Shown here: one piece after another, positions 47,089 through 57,648 of the stretch
How positions within the stretch are numbered: the first letter of the stretch is position 1
Layout: each line of letters begins with the position of its first letter
NCBI GenBank assembly: GCA_046712405.1
Contig: JBKEFB010000001.1
Span: 12,584 to 76,583 of the forward strand
Direction: 5' to 3'
Length of the DNA: 64,000 bases
Origin: Zhongshania sp.
GTDB taxonomy: Bacteria; Pseudomonadota; Gammaproteobacteria; Pseudomonadales; Spongiibacteraceae
Program-made: the position numbers and the translations under genes
Notes under the pieces: generated by a model
What the model was told of the DNA's origin: nothing
The model's input: only the letters and a program-made list of their open reading frames with translations
Database searches by the model: none

Positions 47089-47973
47089 TTAATTAGCAGC
47101 CAGCATTCCCCAGTCGGCGCTGGGGTTAACATTCAGGGTGACGTTGTCGATCAAGCGCGTGCTGCCAAGCTTGGCAGCAGCGAGTATGACCACTTCTTCG
47201 GTATCCGGAGTTACCGAGCACAGTGTACGAGCATCGCAAATAGTAAAATAGTCAGATTCCAAACCAGCCTTCATAATGCTGATTTTAGCGTGCTGCTCTA
47301 ATTCGCTATAGCTGTCGTAACCGCAGGCGATAGCCTCGCGAGTTTCCTGTAATACTTTGTGCAAAATCGGTGCAATTCTACGCTGTTCGACAGTGAGATA
47401 GCCATTGCGAGAGCTCAGCGCTAAGCCGTCTTCAGCACGGGCAGTCGCAACGCCAACAATGTTTATCGGCATACACAGATCGCGCACCATTTTACGGATA
47501 ACGCTAAGTTGCTGAAAATCCTTCTCACCAAATACCGCGGTATCTGGTTGTACGATATTGAAAAGCTTCGCGACCACTGTTGCTACGCCGGTAAAATGTC
47601 CCGGTCGATTTGCGCCACAGTGGTTATCGGACAGCTTAGGCACAACGATTTTACTGTGGCTGTCCATGCCTTCTGGGTAAATTTCATTTACCTGCGGAAG
47701 GAACAAACATTGCGCTCCGGCGGCAAACAGCTTTTCTTTGTCTGCGGCTAAAGTGCGCGGGTAGCTGCTGAGGTCTTCGTTGGCGCCAAATTGCAGCGGG
47801 TTAACAAAGATGCTCACAACTACGATGTCTGCGTGCTGGCTGGCACGTTGAACTAGGCGCAGATGCCCTTCGTGTAGATTGCCCATAGTCGGTACAAAGG
47901 CGACGGTTTTGCCGGCGCGTTTACCCGTATTGAGCGCTGCCCTTAGTGATGCGGCTGTGCTGTAAGTTTTCAT
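47089..47973 (-). CDS. panC: Pantoate-beta-alanine ligase
   Basis: [32 protein letters not shown]. Confidence 0.97.
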   Translation of the reverse strand: MKTYSTAASLRAALNTGKRAGKTVAFVPTMGNLHEGHLRLVQRASQHADIVVVSIFVNPLQFGANEDLSSYPRTLAADKEKLFAAGAQCLFLPQVNEIYPEGMDSHSKIVVPKLSDNHCGANRPGHFTGVATVVAKLFNIVQPDTAVFGEKDFQQLSVIRKMVRDLCMPINIVGVATARAEDGLALSSRNGYLTVEQRRIAPILHKVLQETREAIACGYDSYSELEQHAKISIMKAGLESDYFTICDARTLCSVTPDTEEVVILAAAKLGSTRLIDNVTLNVNPSADWGMLAAN

Positions 47974-48238
47974 ACCACTAACTTCCCAATCTCATGCTTC
48001 GCATAGCGAAGGTAGTTTGCTGTGAAGTCAGTCCGCTCACATTGCGGGCTGGCAACCAAGACACTGGCAATACTGCCTTAGAAATCTGAAAAGATTGTTC
48101 ATAATCTGATCAGCTGGGCCAGTGGCGGGCAAGTATGCCCCAATCGCAATGGCCGTTCAATGCTTTGGTAACAAAAAATTCACGACTTTGTTACCTTCAA
48201 AAACGTTCCCCGAGGTAACAGTTCGAGATTATAAACCC

Positions 48239-49030
48239 TTAGTTAAAACTATGCTCGTCCGCGGGAAAGCTGCCATCGGCAACGGCGGTATTATAGCGTT
48301 TTAGAGCATCTTCTACACTATTGCTACCTTCCGCAAAGTTGCGTACGAAGCGTGCAGTCTTCTCGGTGATACCGAGTAGGTCATGTAACACCAGTACTTG
48401 GGCGTCGGTTTCGCCGCCGGCACCGATACCGATGACCGGGATTTTTAGCGAGGTGGTGATTTCAGCTGCAAGCTTGCGAGGTACGCATTCAAGCACCAGC
48501 ATCGCTGCACCAGCAGCTTCTAGCGCCAAGGCATCGGCGAGAATTGCCTTGGCTTGACTGTCGTCGCGACCTTGCACTCGATAGCCGCCTAATACGTTGA
48601 CAGATTGTGGTGTGAGTCCGAGGTGGCCGCAGACAGGAATGCCCGCCTGATTTAGCCGAGTGATGCTTTCTGTTAGCCAGCCGCCGCCCTCAACCTTGAC
48701 CATATGTGCGCCCGCTCGCATCAATATGGCCGCGTTATCGGCACATTGCTGTGCGCTGTTGTAACTGCCAAAGGGCATGTCGCTGATGATCAGTGGTTGC
48801 TCACAACCCCGAGCAACACAGGCAGTGTGATAGGCCATGTCGTGGACAGTCACCGGCAGGGTAGAGTCTCGGCCCTGTAGTACCATACCCAATGAGTCGC
48901 CGACCAGAATGGCTTCTATGCCCGCTTTTTGGACAAGTCTGGCAAAGCTGGCGTCGTAGCAAGTGACCACGGCAAATTTTTCGTGCTGTTGCTTTTTTGT
49001 CAGCAGTTTGAGGATATTAACCTTACTCAT
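48239..49030 (-). CDS. panB: 3-methyl-2-oxobutanoate hydroxymethyltransferase
   Basis: [28 protein letters not shown]. Confidence 0.97.
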   Translation of the reverse strand: MSKVNILKLLTKKQQHEKFAVVTCYDASFARLVQKAGIEAILVGDSLGMVLQGRDSTLPVTVHDMAYHTACVARGCEQPLIISDMPFGSYNSAQQCADNAAILMRAGAHMVKVEGGGWLTESITRLNQAGIPVCGHLGLTPQSVNVLGGYRVQGRDDSQAKAILADALALEAAGAAMLVLECVPRKLAAEITTSLKIPVIGIGAGGETDAQVLVLHDLLGITEKTARFVRNFAEGSNSVEDALKRYNTAVADGSFPADEHSFN

Positions 49031-49048
49031 AGAGTGCCTCGGCGGTGC

Positions 49049-49729
49049 TTAGAAAAATGTCGGGTTAAAGTAATGGCGGCCACTGCGTATTTGCAGTAGA
49101 TATTGCAATAATTGCTCATATTGGCTGTCATTATTCGCAAAATCGATGTCGCTGGCGTTAATGATGAGTAGTGGAGAATCATTATACGATAGAAAGAATT
49201 CGCTATAGGCGGCGTTTATGCGCTCTAAATAGTCAGCGTTTATGCTCTGTTCAAATTTCACTCCACGATGCTGTATCCGCTCTTTAAGGATTTTTACCGG
49301 TGCCTGTAGGTATACAACTAAGTCTGGGGTGGGAACATCGACCTGAACCTGTTGGTAGACCTTGTTATACAGTTCTAGTTCGTTGGCATCTAGAGTGATT
49401 TGAGCGAATAAAGGGTCTTTTTGAAAAAGAAAATCAGCGATATGAGTTTGATTAAACATATCACTTTGGCGTAAGTCACTGAGCTGCTGTGCGCGCTGAA
49501 ATAAGAAGAAGAGCTGGGCTGACAGCGCCGCATGACGTTGGTTGGCGTAAAAGCGCTCTAGAAAGGGATTATCTTCGGCCCTCTCAAGCAGCATTTGATA
49601 GTTAAGTGACTCAGCTAGGCGCCGGACTAAGGTGCTTTTACCCACGCCAATTGGCCCCTCTACTGCGATAAAGCAGGGCGGTTTTGCAGCGTTGATGATG
49701 GGTTCGTTACCTAGTGATCGCTTTATCAT
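49049..49729 (-). CDS. Deoxynucleoside kinase family protein
   Basis: IAVEGPIGVGKST, PDLVVYLQAP; located between folK and panB. Confidence 0.9.
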   Translation of the reverse strand: MIKRSLGNEPIINAAKPPCFIAVEGPIGVGKSTLVRRLAESLNYQMLLERAEDNPFLERFYANQRHAALSAQLFFLFQRAQQLSDLRQSDMFNQTHIADFLFQKDPLFAQITLDANELELYNKVYQQVQVDVPTPDLVVYLQAPVKILKERIQHRGVKFEQSINADYLERINAAYSEFFLSYNDSPLLIINASDIDFANNDSQYEQLLQYLLQIRSGRHYFNPTFF

Positions 49730-50222
49730 CTGACTCTAAAGTCCATAAATTGTCATTGTCGGAATAATTTAATTCGGTATTGTCTGGCAGCTTATCGTGA
49801 AGATAGTGGCGAAGTAATGCTATGGGTGCAATATCTGCGAGTGGGCGAAGTACAAAATCTCTATCAAACATACGTGGATGCGGAACGGTAAGCTCGGGTG
49901 TTTGGATATTTGCGTTACCGTAAAGCAGTAAATCGAGGTCTAGCGTGCGGGCTGCCCAGCGGACAGTGCGTTCGCGCTGATGTTGGACTTCGATGGCTTG
50001 CAGGGTATGTAGTAAGCTGGTTGCACTCAGTACTGTATCAATGGCGATGACGGCATTGACGTAATTTTCTTGCACTCCAGGGCCGACCGCTATCGAGCCG
50101 TAAAGGTGGGACTGCGCGATCAGTGTGCAATTAGGTGTCGCAGCAATTGTCTTTATGGCTTTTAAGACTTGCTGCTTGGGCAGGTCTAGATTGCTGCCCA
50201 AGGCAATATAACTGCGGTTCAT
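49707..50222 (-). CDS. folK: 2-amino-4-hydroxy-6-hydroxymethyldihydropteridine diphosphokinase
   Basis: YIALGSNL, RTLDLDLL, VPHP. Confidence 0.95.
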   Translation of the reverse strand: MNRSYIALGSNLDLPKQQVLKAIKTIAATPNCTLIAQSHLYGSIAVGPGVQENYVNAVIAIDTVLSATSLLHTLQAIEVQHQRERTVRWAARTLDLDLLLYGNANIQTPELTVPHPRMFDRDFVLRPLADIAPIALLRHYLHDKLPDNTELNYSDNDNLWTLESDDKAITR

Positions 50223-51610
50223 CTCGGTTTGCGAGGGCTGCGGCGGCGTCTAGCTGTGCGTGTTTTGTCATCACTGGCTGGGATTTGAGTAAGCATGGCG
50301 CCGCGGGTATCGATATGAGCTTCTTGGAACGCTAGCCACCACTGCCCCAGTCCGGGCTCAATTTCGCCTGCTTGTTCACGTAGCAGGAGAAAGTCGAAAC
50401 CTGCTCTAAAATAGCGGTGTTCCAGCAGCTGCTCGGCGCGCTTGCCGGTTCGACGAGTCAGGCGGCTCTGTAGTTCCCATATATCACGCATAGGTAAAGA
50501 AAAGCGCTTGGGGATGGCGACGGTAAGCTGCTGTTTGCGCAGCACGCGTTCGGCAGCTTGGTGAAGTGCGGGAATTTCAGGCACGCCACTATCAAGAATT
50601 TCTTTGTGAATACGTTTTACCACTGGCCACAATATTACGGCATAGATAAAAGCGGGCGTAACGGGCTTGTTTTCGGCGATTCTGGCGTCGGTATTAATGA
50701 GACCCTGTTGGATAATGGTCTCGGCCGAAGGTTCGTTTCGATTGAGCATTTTTTGCGTGCTTGGAAATAATGGACCGAACAAGCCGTAACGCTGCATTAG
50801 CGCGTAGGTCTGCAGTCCCTGGCCGGACATAAGCAGTTTGATAACTTCATCAAACATGCGTGCGGCGGATATATCTGTCAGCAGTGGGGCTAAACGCTTT
50901 AGTGGTTCTTCGGTATGCTGCTCTATATCGAAGTTGAGTTTGGCTGCAAAGCGGACAACACGCAGCATACGAACAGGATCTTCGCGATAGCGAGTTTCGG
51001 GGTCACCTATAATTCGTATCAGTCTTTGCTCTAGGTCGCGCATACCGCCGACATAATCGTAAACACAAAAATCGCGGCTGGAATAATAAAGTGCGTTGAT
51101 AGTGAGGTCGCGGCGAGCGGCGTCCTCATTAACTGAGCCGTAGACATTGTCTCGGGTAAGCATGCCTGATTCGGTGCGAGCGGAGTGCTTATTGCGTTGG
51201 CTATTGTTACTGACATTGGTGCTGGGCGCATCGTGACCACCCCTAAAGGTGGTGACTTCGATAATTTCGCTGCCAAAGCGGACGTGGACAATACGGAACC
51301 GGCGGCCAATGATGCGGCTATTGCGAAACGCGCCACGAACTTGCTCGGGTGTTGCGTTAGTGGCTATGTCGAAATCTTTGGGTTGGCCACCTAATAGCAA
51401 ATCGCGCACACCACCGCCAACTAGGTAGGCGTCGAAGCCTTCCTCATTGAGTCGCCGTATCACTTTTATGGCGGCGTCGTTGATATGCTTGCGGGAGACG
51501 CAATGCTCGTCTCGCGGAATGATTGTCACGGAGCGTGGCGCGTGTTGGGTGGGTTTGGAAAACTTGTTTGAGAGTTTTTTCCAGAGCCCGGTAACGGAGC
51601 TAGATGTCAT
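50219..51610 (-). CDS. pcnB: Poly(A) polymerase I
   Basis: LVGGGVRDLL, PKDFDIAT, IIGRRF, EDPVRMLR. Confidence 0.96.
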   Translation of the reverse strand: MTSSSVTGLWKKLSNKFSKPTQHAPRSVTIIPRDEHCVSRKHINDAAIKVIRRLNEEGFDAYLVGGGVRDLLLGGQPKDFDIATNATPEQVRGAFRNSRIIGRRFRIVHVRFGSEIIEVTTFRGGHDAPSTNVSNNSQRNKHSARTESGMLTRDNVYGSVNEDAARRDLTINALYYSSRDFCVYDYVGGMRDLEQRLIRIIGDPETRYREDPVRMLRVVRFAAKLNFDIEQHTEEPLKRLAPLLTDISAARMFDEVIKLLMSGQGLQTYALMQRYGLFGPLFPSTQKMLNRNEPSAETIIQQGLINTDARIAENKPVTPAFIYAVILWPVVKRIHKEILDSGVPEIPALHQAAERVLRKQQLTVAIPKRFSLPMRDIWELQSRLTRRTGKRAEQLLEHRYFRAGFDFLLLREQAGEIEPGLGQWWLAFQEAHIDTRGAMLTQIPASDDKTRTARRRRSPRKPR

Positions 51611-51744
51611 GGAGTTTTATGGGTAGCCGATGAGTAGTTTAAAGGCGACATTCTAGCACAGCCTTATTTGGAGTGTTGTTAAAGGAGTGATGGAATTTCA
51701 GTGTATAACTGGGTTCGAATAGATACTTGGGGAATAATTTAGGG

Positions 51745-51861
51745 GTTTTAAAATAAAGAAAGGGAAAACAATGTTTTCCCCACCCAGGTCTCTTTGCTGT
51801 TTTATTATTGTTATTTTTATCTGATTTATTATTATTATTTTATTTTTTATTATTCTTCGCA
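51745..51861 (-). ncRNA. crcZ: CrcZ/CrcY-like Hfq-Crc-sequestering small RNA
   Basis: Lies between cbrB and pcnB as in Pseudomonas; dense AANAANAA motifs; sigma54 promoter upstream; terminator GGGAAAACA-U-UGUUUUCCC plus U-tract; ends are estimates. Confidence 0.75.
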
Positions 51862-51871
51862 TCAAATCGAT

Positions 51872-52010
51872 TGCATATGCCGTGCCAGTTTTTGTTTTTT
51901 GTTTTTTATCAATGACTTGCTGATATCTTGGGTTTTGTTGTGACTCTGAAAACAAGCAAGTTGTTACCGTAGTAAACGTACTTTGTTACGCTTGCCGAAC
52001 TCAGGTAACG
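51872..52010 (-). promoter_or_regulatory. sigma54 promoter with IHF site and CbrB-type upstream activating sequences
   Basis: TGGCACGGCATATGCA (51887-51872); IHF consensus TATCAATGACTTG (51907-51919); TGTTAC at 51962 and 51984, GTAACG at 52005. Confidence 0.8.
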
Positions 52011-52022
52011 CTCAGATATACC

Positions 52023-53459
52023 TTATGTTCCCGAGCGCGAGCTTACTTTTTTACGTGGAATGCCCAAGCGTTGGCGGCGTTCCCATAGGCACTTTCTACT
52101 TACGCCAAGTTTCTGTGCGAGTTCTGTTTCGCTCATAGAGTCTTGGTGTTCAAGAACAAAGCGTTGGAAATAATCTTCCAAAGACAGATCTTCGCTGGGA
52201 TCTGCATGAATGGGTTTGCGACGTTCTGGCGGGTTGGTGGTGCTTGCCGGCCGAGGTGGTTGATCGTTGCGGCGGCCGCGAATCTGACTGATATCAACAA
52301 GCTCTAGATCAATATCGAGTAGCTCATTGTCAATTTCTTTGCGGTCGCACAATATTACTGCCCGCTCAATGGCATTTTCCAGTTCGCGGATATTGCCGGG
52401 CCAAATGTAGGTAGTAATGGCCTGAATGGCTTTTGGACTGAAATGCATTAGCGGTTTTTTCATCTTCTCGCAGCGGTTTTTAAGCAGCGCCTCGGCGAGC
52501 TCAAGAATATCTTTGCCGCGCTCGCGCAAGGGTGGCAATTCCAATTTCATAACATTGATACGGTAGTATAAATCTTCTCGGAAGCGTCCCGAGTGAGCCA
52601 TGTCCTTTAAGTCGCGGTGGGTCGCGCAGATCAGTCTAACGTTAACCTTGATAGATTCTACAGATCCTATGCGGCGGATCTCGTTTTCTTGAATAAAGCG
52701 CAATAGGCGGGCTTGAGCTTCCAGCGGTAGCTCGCCAATCTCGTCGAGAAATAATGTGCCGCCGTCCGCTGCTTCTATCAGGCCTGTGCGGTTGGCGTTG
52801 GCACCAGTAAACGCGCCTTTTTCATAGCCAAACAGCTCTGACTCTATCAGCGTTTCTGGAATCGCTGCGCAGTTGACGCAAATAACAGGTTTGCCGCTGC
52901 GGGTGCTTTGATTATGAATGGCTCGCGCGACTAACTCTTTACCCGTGCCGGTTTCACCGTGGATCAGAATAGTAGCGTTGGTAGGTGCTGCTCTTCGTAT
53001 ATGATCATAAAGTTGCTGCATCGCCTTGCAGCTCCCAATCATGCCGTTGAAATCGGCTATTTGCTTGCGTTGATTGCTACTTGGTTCAGGCGTATTGGGC
53101 TGGCGCTCTGCGAGTGTGGTGCTGATAATACGCTCAACTGTCTCGATCATTTCGTCATGATCGAAGGGTTTGGCTATATAGTCGATAGCGCCCTTCTTCA
53201 TTGAATCGACCGCAGATTTCAAACTCGCGTAACTGGTCATAATTAGGACGGGTGCATCAGTTTTACTGATGAGGTCGGTGCCCGCCGCCCCCGGAAGACG
53301 TAAGTCACTGATAATTAATGAATAGTCGTTGACGTTATAACTGCTTAGCGCTTTTTGTACTGAATCGGCTTCATCAACCTGATAGTTATGTCGTTCGAGC
53401 AGACGCCGCAGTGCCAGACGGATGATATCTTCGTCTTCGACTATGAGGATTTTGGGCAT
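52023..53459 (-). CDS. cbrB: sigma54-dependent response regulator CbrB
   Basis: REC domain, [15 protein letters not shown]-terminal [37 protein letters not shown]. Confidence 0.93.
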   Translation of the reverse strand: MPKILIVEDEDIIRLALRRLLERHNYQVDEADSVQKALSSYNVNDYSLIISDLRLPGAAGTDLISKTDAPVLIMTSYASLKSAVDSMKKGAIDYIAKPFDHDEMIETVERIISTTLAERQPNTPEPSSNQRKQIADFNGMIGSCKAMQQLYDHIRRAAPTNATILIHGETGTGKELVARAIHNQSTRSGKPVICVNCAAIPETLIESELFGYEKGAFTGANANRTGLIEAADGGTLFLDEIGELPLEAQARLLRFIQENEIRRIGSVESIKVNVRLICATHRDLKDMAHSGRFREDLYYRINVMKLELPPLRERGKDILELAEALLKNRCEKMKKPLMHFSPKAIQAITTYIWPGNIRELENAIERAVILCDRKEIDNELLDIDLELVDISQIRGRRNDQPPRPASTTNPPERRKPIHADPSEDLSLEDYFQRFVLEHQDSMSETELAQKLGVSRKCLWERRQRLGIPRKKVSSRSGT

Positions 53460-53537
53460 AATTCTCTCCGTGGTTTCTTGCGGCCACTACCGAACAAGTG
53501 CGTAGCCAAACAACATAACGCGATCAGCCAAATAATT

Positions 53538-56495
53538 CTAGTTTGGCTCGGGCTGGCTTAAAGCTAGGTGGATGTGAATGCGAGTGCCATGGGTGCTGAA
53601 TTCAGGCACAGGGCTTTGAATACTAATATCGCCACCTAGATCAGTAATAATATTATACGCCAAAGCAAGCCCCAAGCCGGTGCCTTTACCTGGATCTTTA
53701 GTAGTGAAAAAAGGCTCAAATATTCTGTTCTGAAGCTTTTGATCGATGCCGGCGCCATGATCCGTCACCGTAATATAGGCTTCAGTATTATCTTCTTGGG
53801 CTTCTATGGTGATCATCGCATTATCGCTGCTGGCATCCCTGGCATTCGATAGCAGGTTGATAAAGACCTGCATTAACCTTTGGCTGTCGCCACTCACGAT
53901 AATGTCTGTGGGGCAGTTGTTATTGTAGTGAATTTGTTGAGCCTCGTTGTCGAGGCTGAGTAACTGAACTGCCTCGGATACACAACTTCTTATGTTGACT
54001 GCCTCCGTCGCCTGGGCGCGGTCTTGTCGACCGGTGTGGGCAAAGTTCACTAAGCTACCAACAATACTGCTAATGCGCTGCGTCTGCTTCACGATTTGTG
54101 ACGCGGTTTCAAGGGTGTCTGGGTTTTCTGTCTCATAGCGCAGGTTTTGAGCAAGGCAGGCGATACCTGTGACGGGGTTGCCAATTTCGTGGGCAACCCC
54201 GGCGGCGAGTCGACCAATAGACGCCAGACGTTCCTGGTGAGTGAGTTCATGCTCCAGCAGCTGAGTGTCGGTAATATCTTCAACAACGATAATCAGCCCG
54301 TCTCTTCCCCACATCTGTGATTCAGTTCGGTGCAGGTTGAGCCAACGTAAACCTTGCTGGGTTTCAAGGCAAAATTTACTGCGGTGGAGGTCGCTGCTCT
54401 CTAAAAAATTAATTAGACAGTGTGCCCATGGCTCTGGTAAACCATTAAGGCTTGAACCGGTCACAGCGCTAGATTGGATATCGGTAATATCAGCTATCGA
54501 CATATTCCACAGCAATATTTCTTGGTCGCCACCCAGTGCGCATACGCCAATGGGGAGATCTTCTAGCGTTTGGCGATGGTAGCGACGCAGGCTGTCGAGG
54601 TCGGCCGCCAGACCGGTGAGATTTGTTTGATATCGCTCTAAGCGTTCCTCTATATAATTGATGTCTTCGCTGCCACCTAAAATACTGTTGGTGTAGGGCA
54701 GCACGCCATCAATGACGCGTCGAGCGCTGGATGGACCAAGTAGCGACGATAAGTTGATTTCTATTCTGTCGCGGATACGGCGTAGAGCATAGGGCCGAGT
54801 TTCTTGCTCGTTAAGATCGAGCTCGTCTAGTGCTCGCCTAAATTCTTGCTCGGCGGCGTAATCTCCTAAGGACTCTTGAAGGCGCTGTTTTATTTCTATT
54901 GCCGTTTGTAAGTTCAGGGCGTGGCGACTGGGGCGGTTGAGGTCGTCCAGGGTGCAGGCTTCCGCAGCACTGCGCTCTTCTGCTGAAGTTTCGCTAAACA
55001 TGGAAACAAGAATGAAAAGTACGCTATTGATGCCGATCGATAAACTGGCGATCACAATCCAAAACTCATCCTCATCCACCTTATTGATATACAGGCTTTC
55101 TAGGTAGGCTGGGTGATAATCGCTGAACATTGGGATTAGTAGGCCTATCCCCCATACGAGAAACCCTGCGGTGAGACCGCTTATAAAGCCGTTGCGATTT
55201 GCACCTGGCCAATACAGTACCGCGAGAACGCCGGGTAAAAATTGTAGGCAGCCGGTCGCAGACACAATGGTGAGATTGGTAAGGGTTTGCGTATCGCCAA
55301 TCAGGTCATAAAATATGTAGCCGATCAAAATAATGGCGCAGATAAGCAGCTGGCGCGCTGTTAATAGCCAGCGATAGATATTTAGAGTGCGGTCTTTGGG
55401 ACGAAATAGCGGTAAAACCAGATGGTTCAGGCTCATGGATGCCAGGGCGAGGGTGGTGACAATAATGGCGCCGACGGCTGCCGATAAGCCGCCCAGATAG
55501 ATCAGTATAGTTAGCCAAAGATTGTCGACGTTTAACGATAGGCCGAGTGGAAAATAATCCGTTGTTATGGTGAGCCCAGAGGCCTTGCCTGCCCAAAGTA
55601 TGGGCAGCACGGGCAGGCTCATAACCAGCAAAAATAATGGTAGTCCCCAGCTGGCGGCAACTAAATTTGTGCGGCTGGGGTTCTCGGCAAATAGCATATG
55701 AAATACATGTGGCATACAAACAGACCCAGCGAAGAACATGATTAACATGAGTCTGTTGGTATCGCTGGATTGCGGTGTGCTCAGATCTTTTAATATGTCT
55801 GGGTGGACGAGTAGCCATTGCTGCAAGCCGGCGAAACCTCCAAATACCGAATATATGGCGACAAGGCCTACTAAGACGAGGGCGAGCATTTTAATAATGG
55901 ATTCAAATGCCAGGGCGACAACTAGGCCTCGGTGGCTGTCTTTGGATGGCAGGTTCCGCGATCCGAGCAGGATCGTAAAAACTGTAATCGCAACACAAAA
56001 AAGCAAAGCAATTAAGTTTATGAAGCTTGCGTTATCGCCGCCCAAGACTTCGCCGGCGCTCAGAATTAGGGCGGATTCAGAGACTGTTTTTATTTGAATG
56101 GCGAGTAGTGGCCAAACCGAAAGTGCTAAAAATAAGGTGGCTAGTGAGCCCACCCAAGAACTGCGAAAACGGAAGCTCAATAAGTCGGCTAATGAGTTTA
56201 GCCGGTAGCTTCTGCATATCTGGTGTAATGGCGCCAGCAGTATTGGCAATAGTATTAGTGCGGCTGAGATACCGACGTAGTAGTTGAGGAAGCTATAACC
56301 GTAGCGTTCCGCGAAGCCAACGGCGCCATAAACAGCGAAGCCGCTAGCGTAAACTCCTAGCGACAAAACGTAGATGCTGGGGTGATTGACTAGGCGCGAC
56401 GGCAATAATTGACGCTCGGCGGCGTAGGCAATGGCAAACAGCAAAAACAAGTAGCTTATGCCGACGAAGAGGAGTGTGTTAAGGCTAAGGGTCAT
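53538..56495 (-). CDS. cbrA: SLC5-transporter-fused sensor histidine kinase CbrA
   Basis: N-terminal multi-TM solute-symporter-like domain, AHEIGNP, GTGLGL; adjacent to cbrB. Confidence 0.93.
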   Translation of the reverse strand: MTLSLNTLLFVGISYLFLLFAIAYAAERQLLPSRLVNHPSIYVLSLGVYASGFAVYGAVGFAERYGYSFLNYYVGISAALILLPILLAPLHQICRSYRLNSLADLLSFRFRSSWVGSLATLFLALSVWPLLAIQIKTVSESALILSAGEVLGGDNASFINLIALLFCVAITVFTILLGSRNLPSKDSHRGLVVALAFESIIKMLALVLVGLVAIYSVFGGFAGLQQWLLVHPDILKDLSTPQSSDTNRLMLIMFFAGSVCMPHVFHMLFAENPSRTNLVAASWGLPLFLLVMSLPVLPILWAGKASGLTITTDYFPLGLSLNVDNLWLTILIYLGGLSAAVGAIIVTTLALASMSLNHLVLPLFRPKDRTLNIYRWLLTARQLLICAIILIGYIFYDLIGDTQTLTNLTIVSATGCLQFLPGVLAVLYWPGANRNGFISGLTAGFLVWGIGLLIPMFSDYHPAYLESLYINKVDEDEFWIVIASLSIGINSVLFILVSMFSETSAEERSAAEACTLDDLNRPSRHALNLQTAIEIKQRLQESLGDYAAEQEFRRALDELDLNEQETRPYALRRIRDRIEINLSSLLGPSSARRVIDGVLPYTNSILGGSEDINYIEERLERYQTNLTGLAADLDSLRRYHRQTLEDLPIGVCALGGDQEILLWNMSIADITDIQSSAVTGSSLNGLPEPWAHCLINFLESSDLHRSKFCLETQQGLRWLNLHRTESQMWGRDGLIIVVEDITDTQLLEHELTHQERLASIGRLAAGVAHEIGNPVTGIACLAQNLRYETENPDTLETASQIVKQTQRISSIVGSLVNFAHTGRQDRAQATEAVNIRSCVSEAVQLLSLDNEAQQIHYNNNCPTDIIVSGDSQRLMQVFINLLSNARDASSDNAMITIEAQEDNTEAYITVTDHGAGIDQKLQNRIFEPFFTTKDPGKGTGLGLALAYNIITDLGGDISIQSPVPEFSTHGTRIHIHLALSQPEPN

Positions 56496-56661
56496 TACGG
56501 GGCTGTTTATAGTGACTTATGAAAATAAAGATAATGATCACTAGCCAAACTACATGATGGCGATACCAGAGGGGACTGGCGTCGTTTAGCCAGCGACTTA
56601 AGGTCGGAGTATAAATAAAGCCAAAAGTTGCTAGGAGCAGCAGTGACGAGCGAATTTGCAT
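56485..56661 (-). CDS. cbrX: CbrX-like 58-aa membrane peptide overlapping the cbrA start
   Basis: MQIRSSLLLLATFGFIYTPTLSRWLNDASPLWYRHHVVWLVIIIFIFISHYKQPRNDP; stop lies inside the first cbrA codons; missing from the ORF track. Confidence 0.8.
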   Translation of the reverse strand: MQIRSSLLLLATFGFIYTPTLSRWLNDASPLWYRHHVVWLVIIIFIFISHYKQPRNDP

Positions 56662-56737
56662 GGTGGCCGCGAGGTGTGCAATGTCGAGGTGATGTTACTG
56701 GAGCAGCTGCAAAACTGCAAAATATTACAAGCTGAGC

Positions 56738-57607
56738 TTACACGTTCAGTGCGGTTTGCGTGGGGATGTGATCGATATGCCAATGCTGTACTGCCCATCG
56801 CAGTATGCCAGCAATATCAAGGCCCGGTGCTGGCGGGGTTTGCTTTAAATAGCTCAGGACCCGCCGGAGGTTCTCCTTGGCAAGTCGGTCGTCGATGGCG
56901 GGTGCAAAGTTTTGTTTGCTCAGTTTATGGCCGTCGTCTCCAACAACAAGCGGTAAATGCAGATAGCGAATAGGCGCTAGCGATAGGGCGTGCTGGAGGT
57001 GGATTTGCCATGCGGTAGCATCTATTAGATCTACACCGCGCACGATGTCGGTAATATTTTGGCGCGCGTCATCCGTTACTACGGCGAGCTGATAGGCGTA
57101 GAGACCATCACGTCGCTTCAGTACGGGGTCGCCTATTTGATGGCTAAGGTAGCGTTGGCTACCTTGGACTCGGTCTAAAAACACTGCATCTGTTTGCTGA
57201 ATCTTTAGGCGAATGGCGGCGTCGCCGTTAACAAAAGGCGCAATGCAGCTATTTGGGTGTAGGCCGGCACTTTTGGCCAGCTGAGCGCGAGAGCAGCTGC
57301 AATAGTAAGCATGCTGTCGGTTTAATAATGTAGTGAGTGCGGTTTCGTAACTTTTACTGTATTGGCTTTGCCAAAAGATATTGCCGTCCCAGTGCAAGCC
57401 ATGGGCGAGTAGGCTGTCGATAATAAGTTTGGCGGCACCGGCTTGCTCGCGGGGCGTGTCTATATCTTCGATGCGTAATAACCATTGCCCACGGTTAGCG
57501 CGTGCGTCTACATAGCTGGCTACAGCGGTAAGCAGGGAGCCTAGATGTAATGGTCCGCTGGGAGAGGGGGCAAACCGGCCGATATAGCCGGTATGAGGAT
57601 CTGGCAT
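56738..57607 (-). CDS. gluQ: Glutamyl-Q tRNA(Asp) synthetase
   Basis: GRFAPSPSGPLHLGS, RIEDID, CSCSR, KLSKQ; downstream of dksA. Confidence 0.95.
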   Translation of the reverse strand: MPDPHTGYIGRFAPSPSGPLHLGSLLTAVASYVDARANRGQWLLRIEDIDTPREQAGAAKLIIDSLLAHGLHWDGNIFWQSQYSKSYETALTTLLNRQHAYYCSCSRAQLAKSAGLHPNSCIAPFVNGDAAIRLKIQQTDAVFLDRVQGSQRYLSHQIGDPVLKRRDGLYAYQLAVVTDDARQNITDIVRGVDLIDATAWQIHLQHALSLAPIRYLHLPLVVGDDGHKLSKQNFAPAIDDRLAKENLRRVLSYLKQTPPAPGLDIAGILRWAVQHWHIDHIPTQTALNV

Positions 57608-57648
57608 AGCAAACCTATTGGCATGGGCCTAAGATCAGCCCACATAAA

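Noticed and set aside
51790-51860. TTA/TTG-rich tract as a microsatellite or CRISPR
   Set aside because: No repeat-spacer periodicity and no cas genes; explained by Hfq-binding motifs.
51698-51955. 85-aa ORF rich in Ile/Lys/Asn
   Set aside because: It is the translation of the A-rich sRNA and its promoter; the non-coding explanation fits much better.
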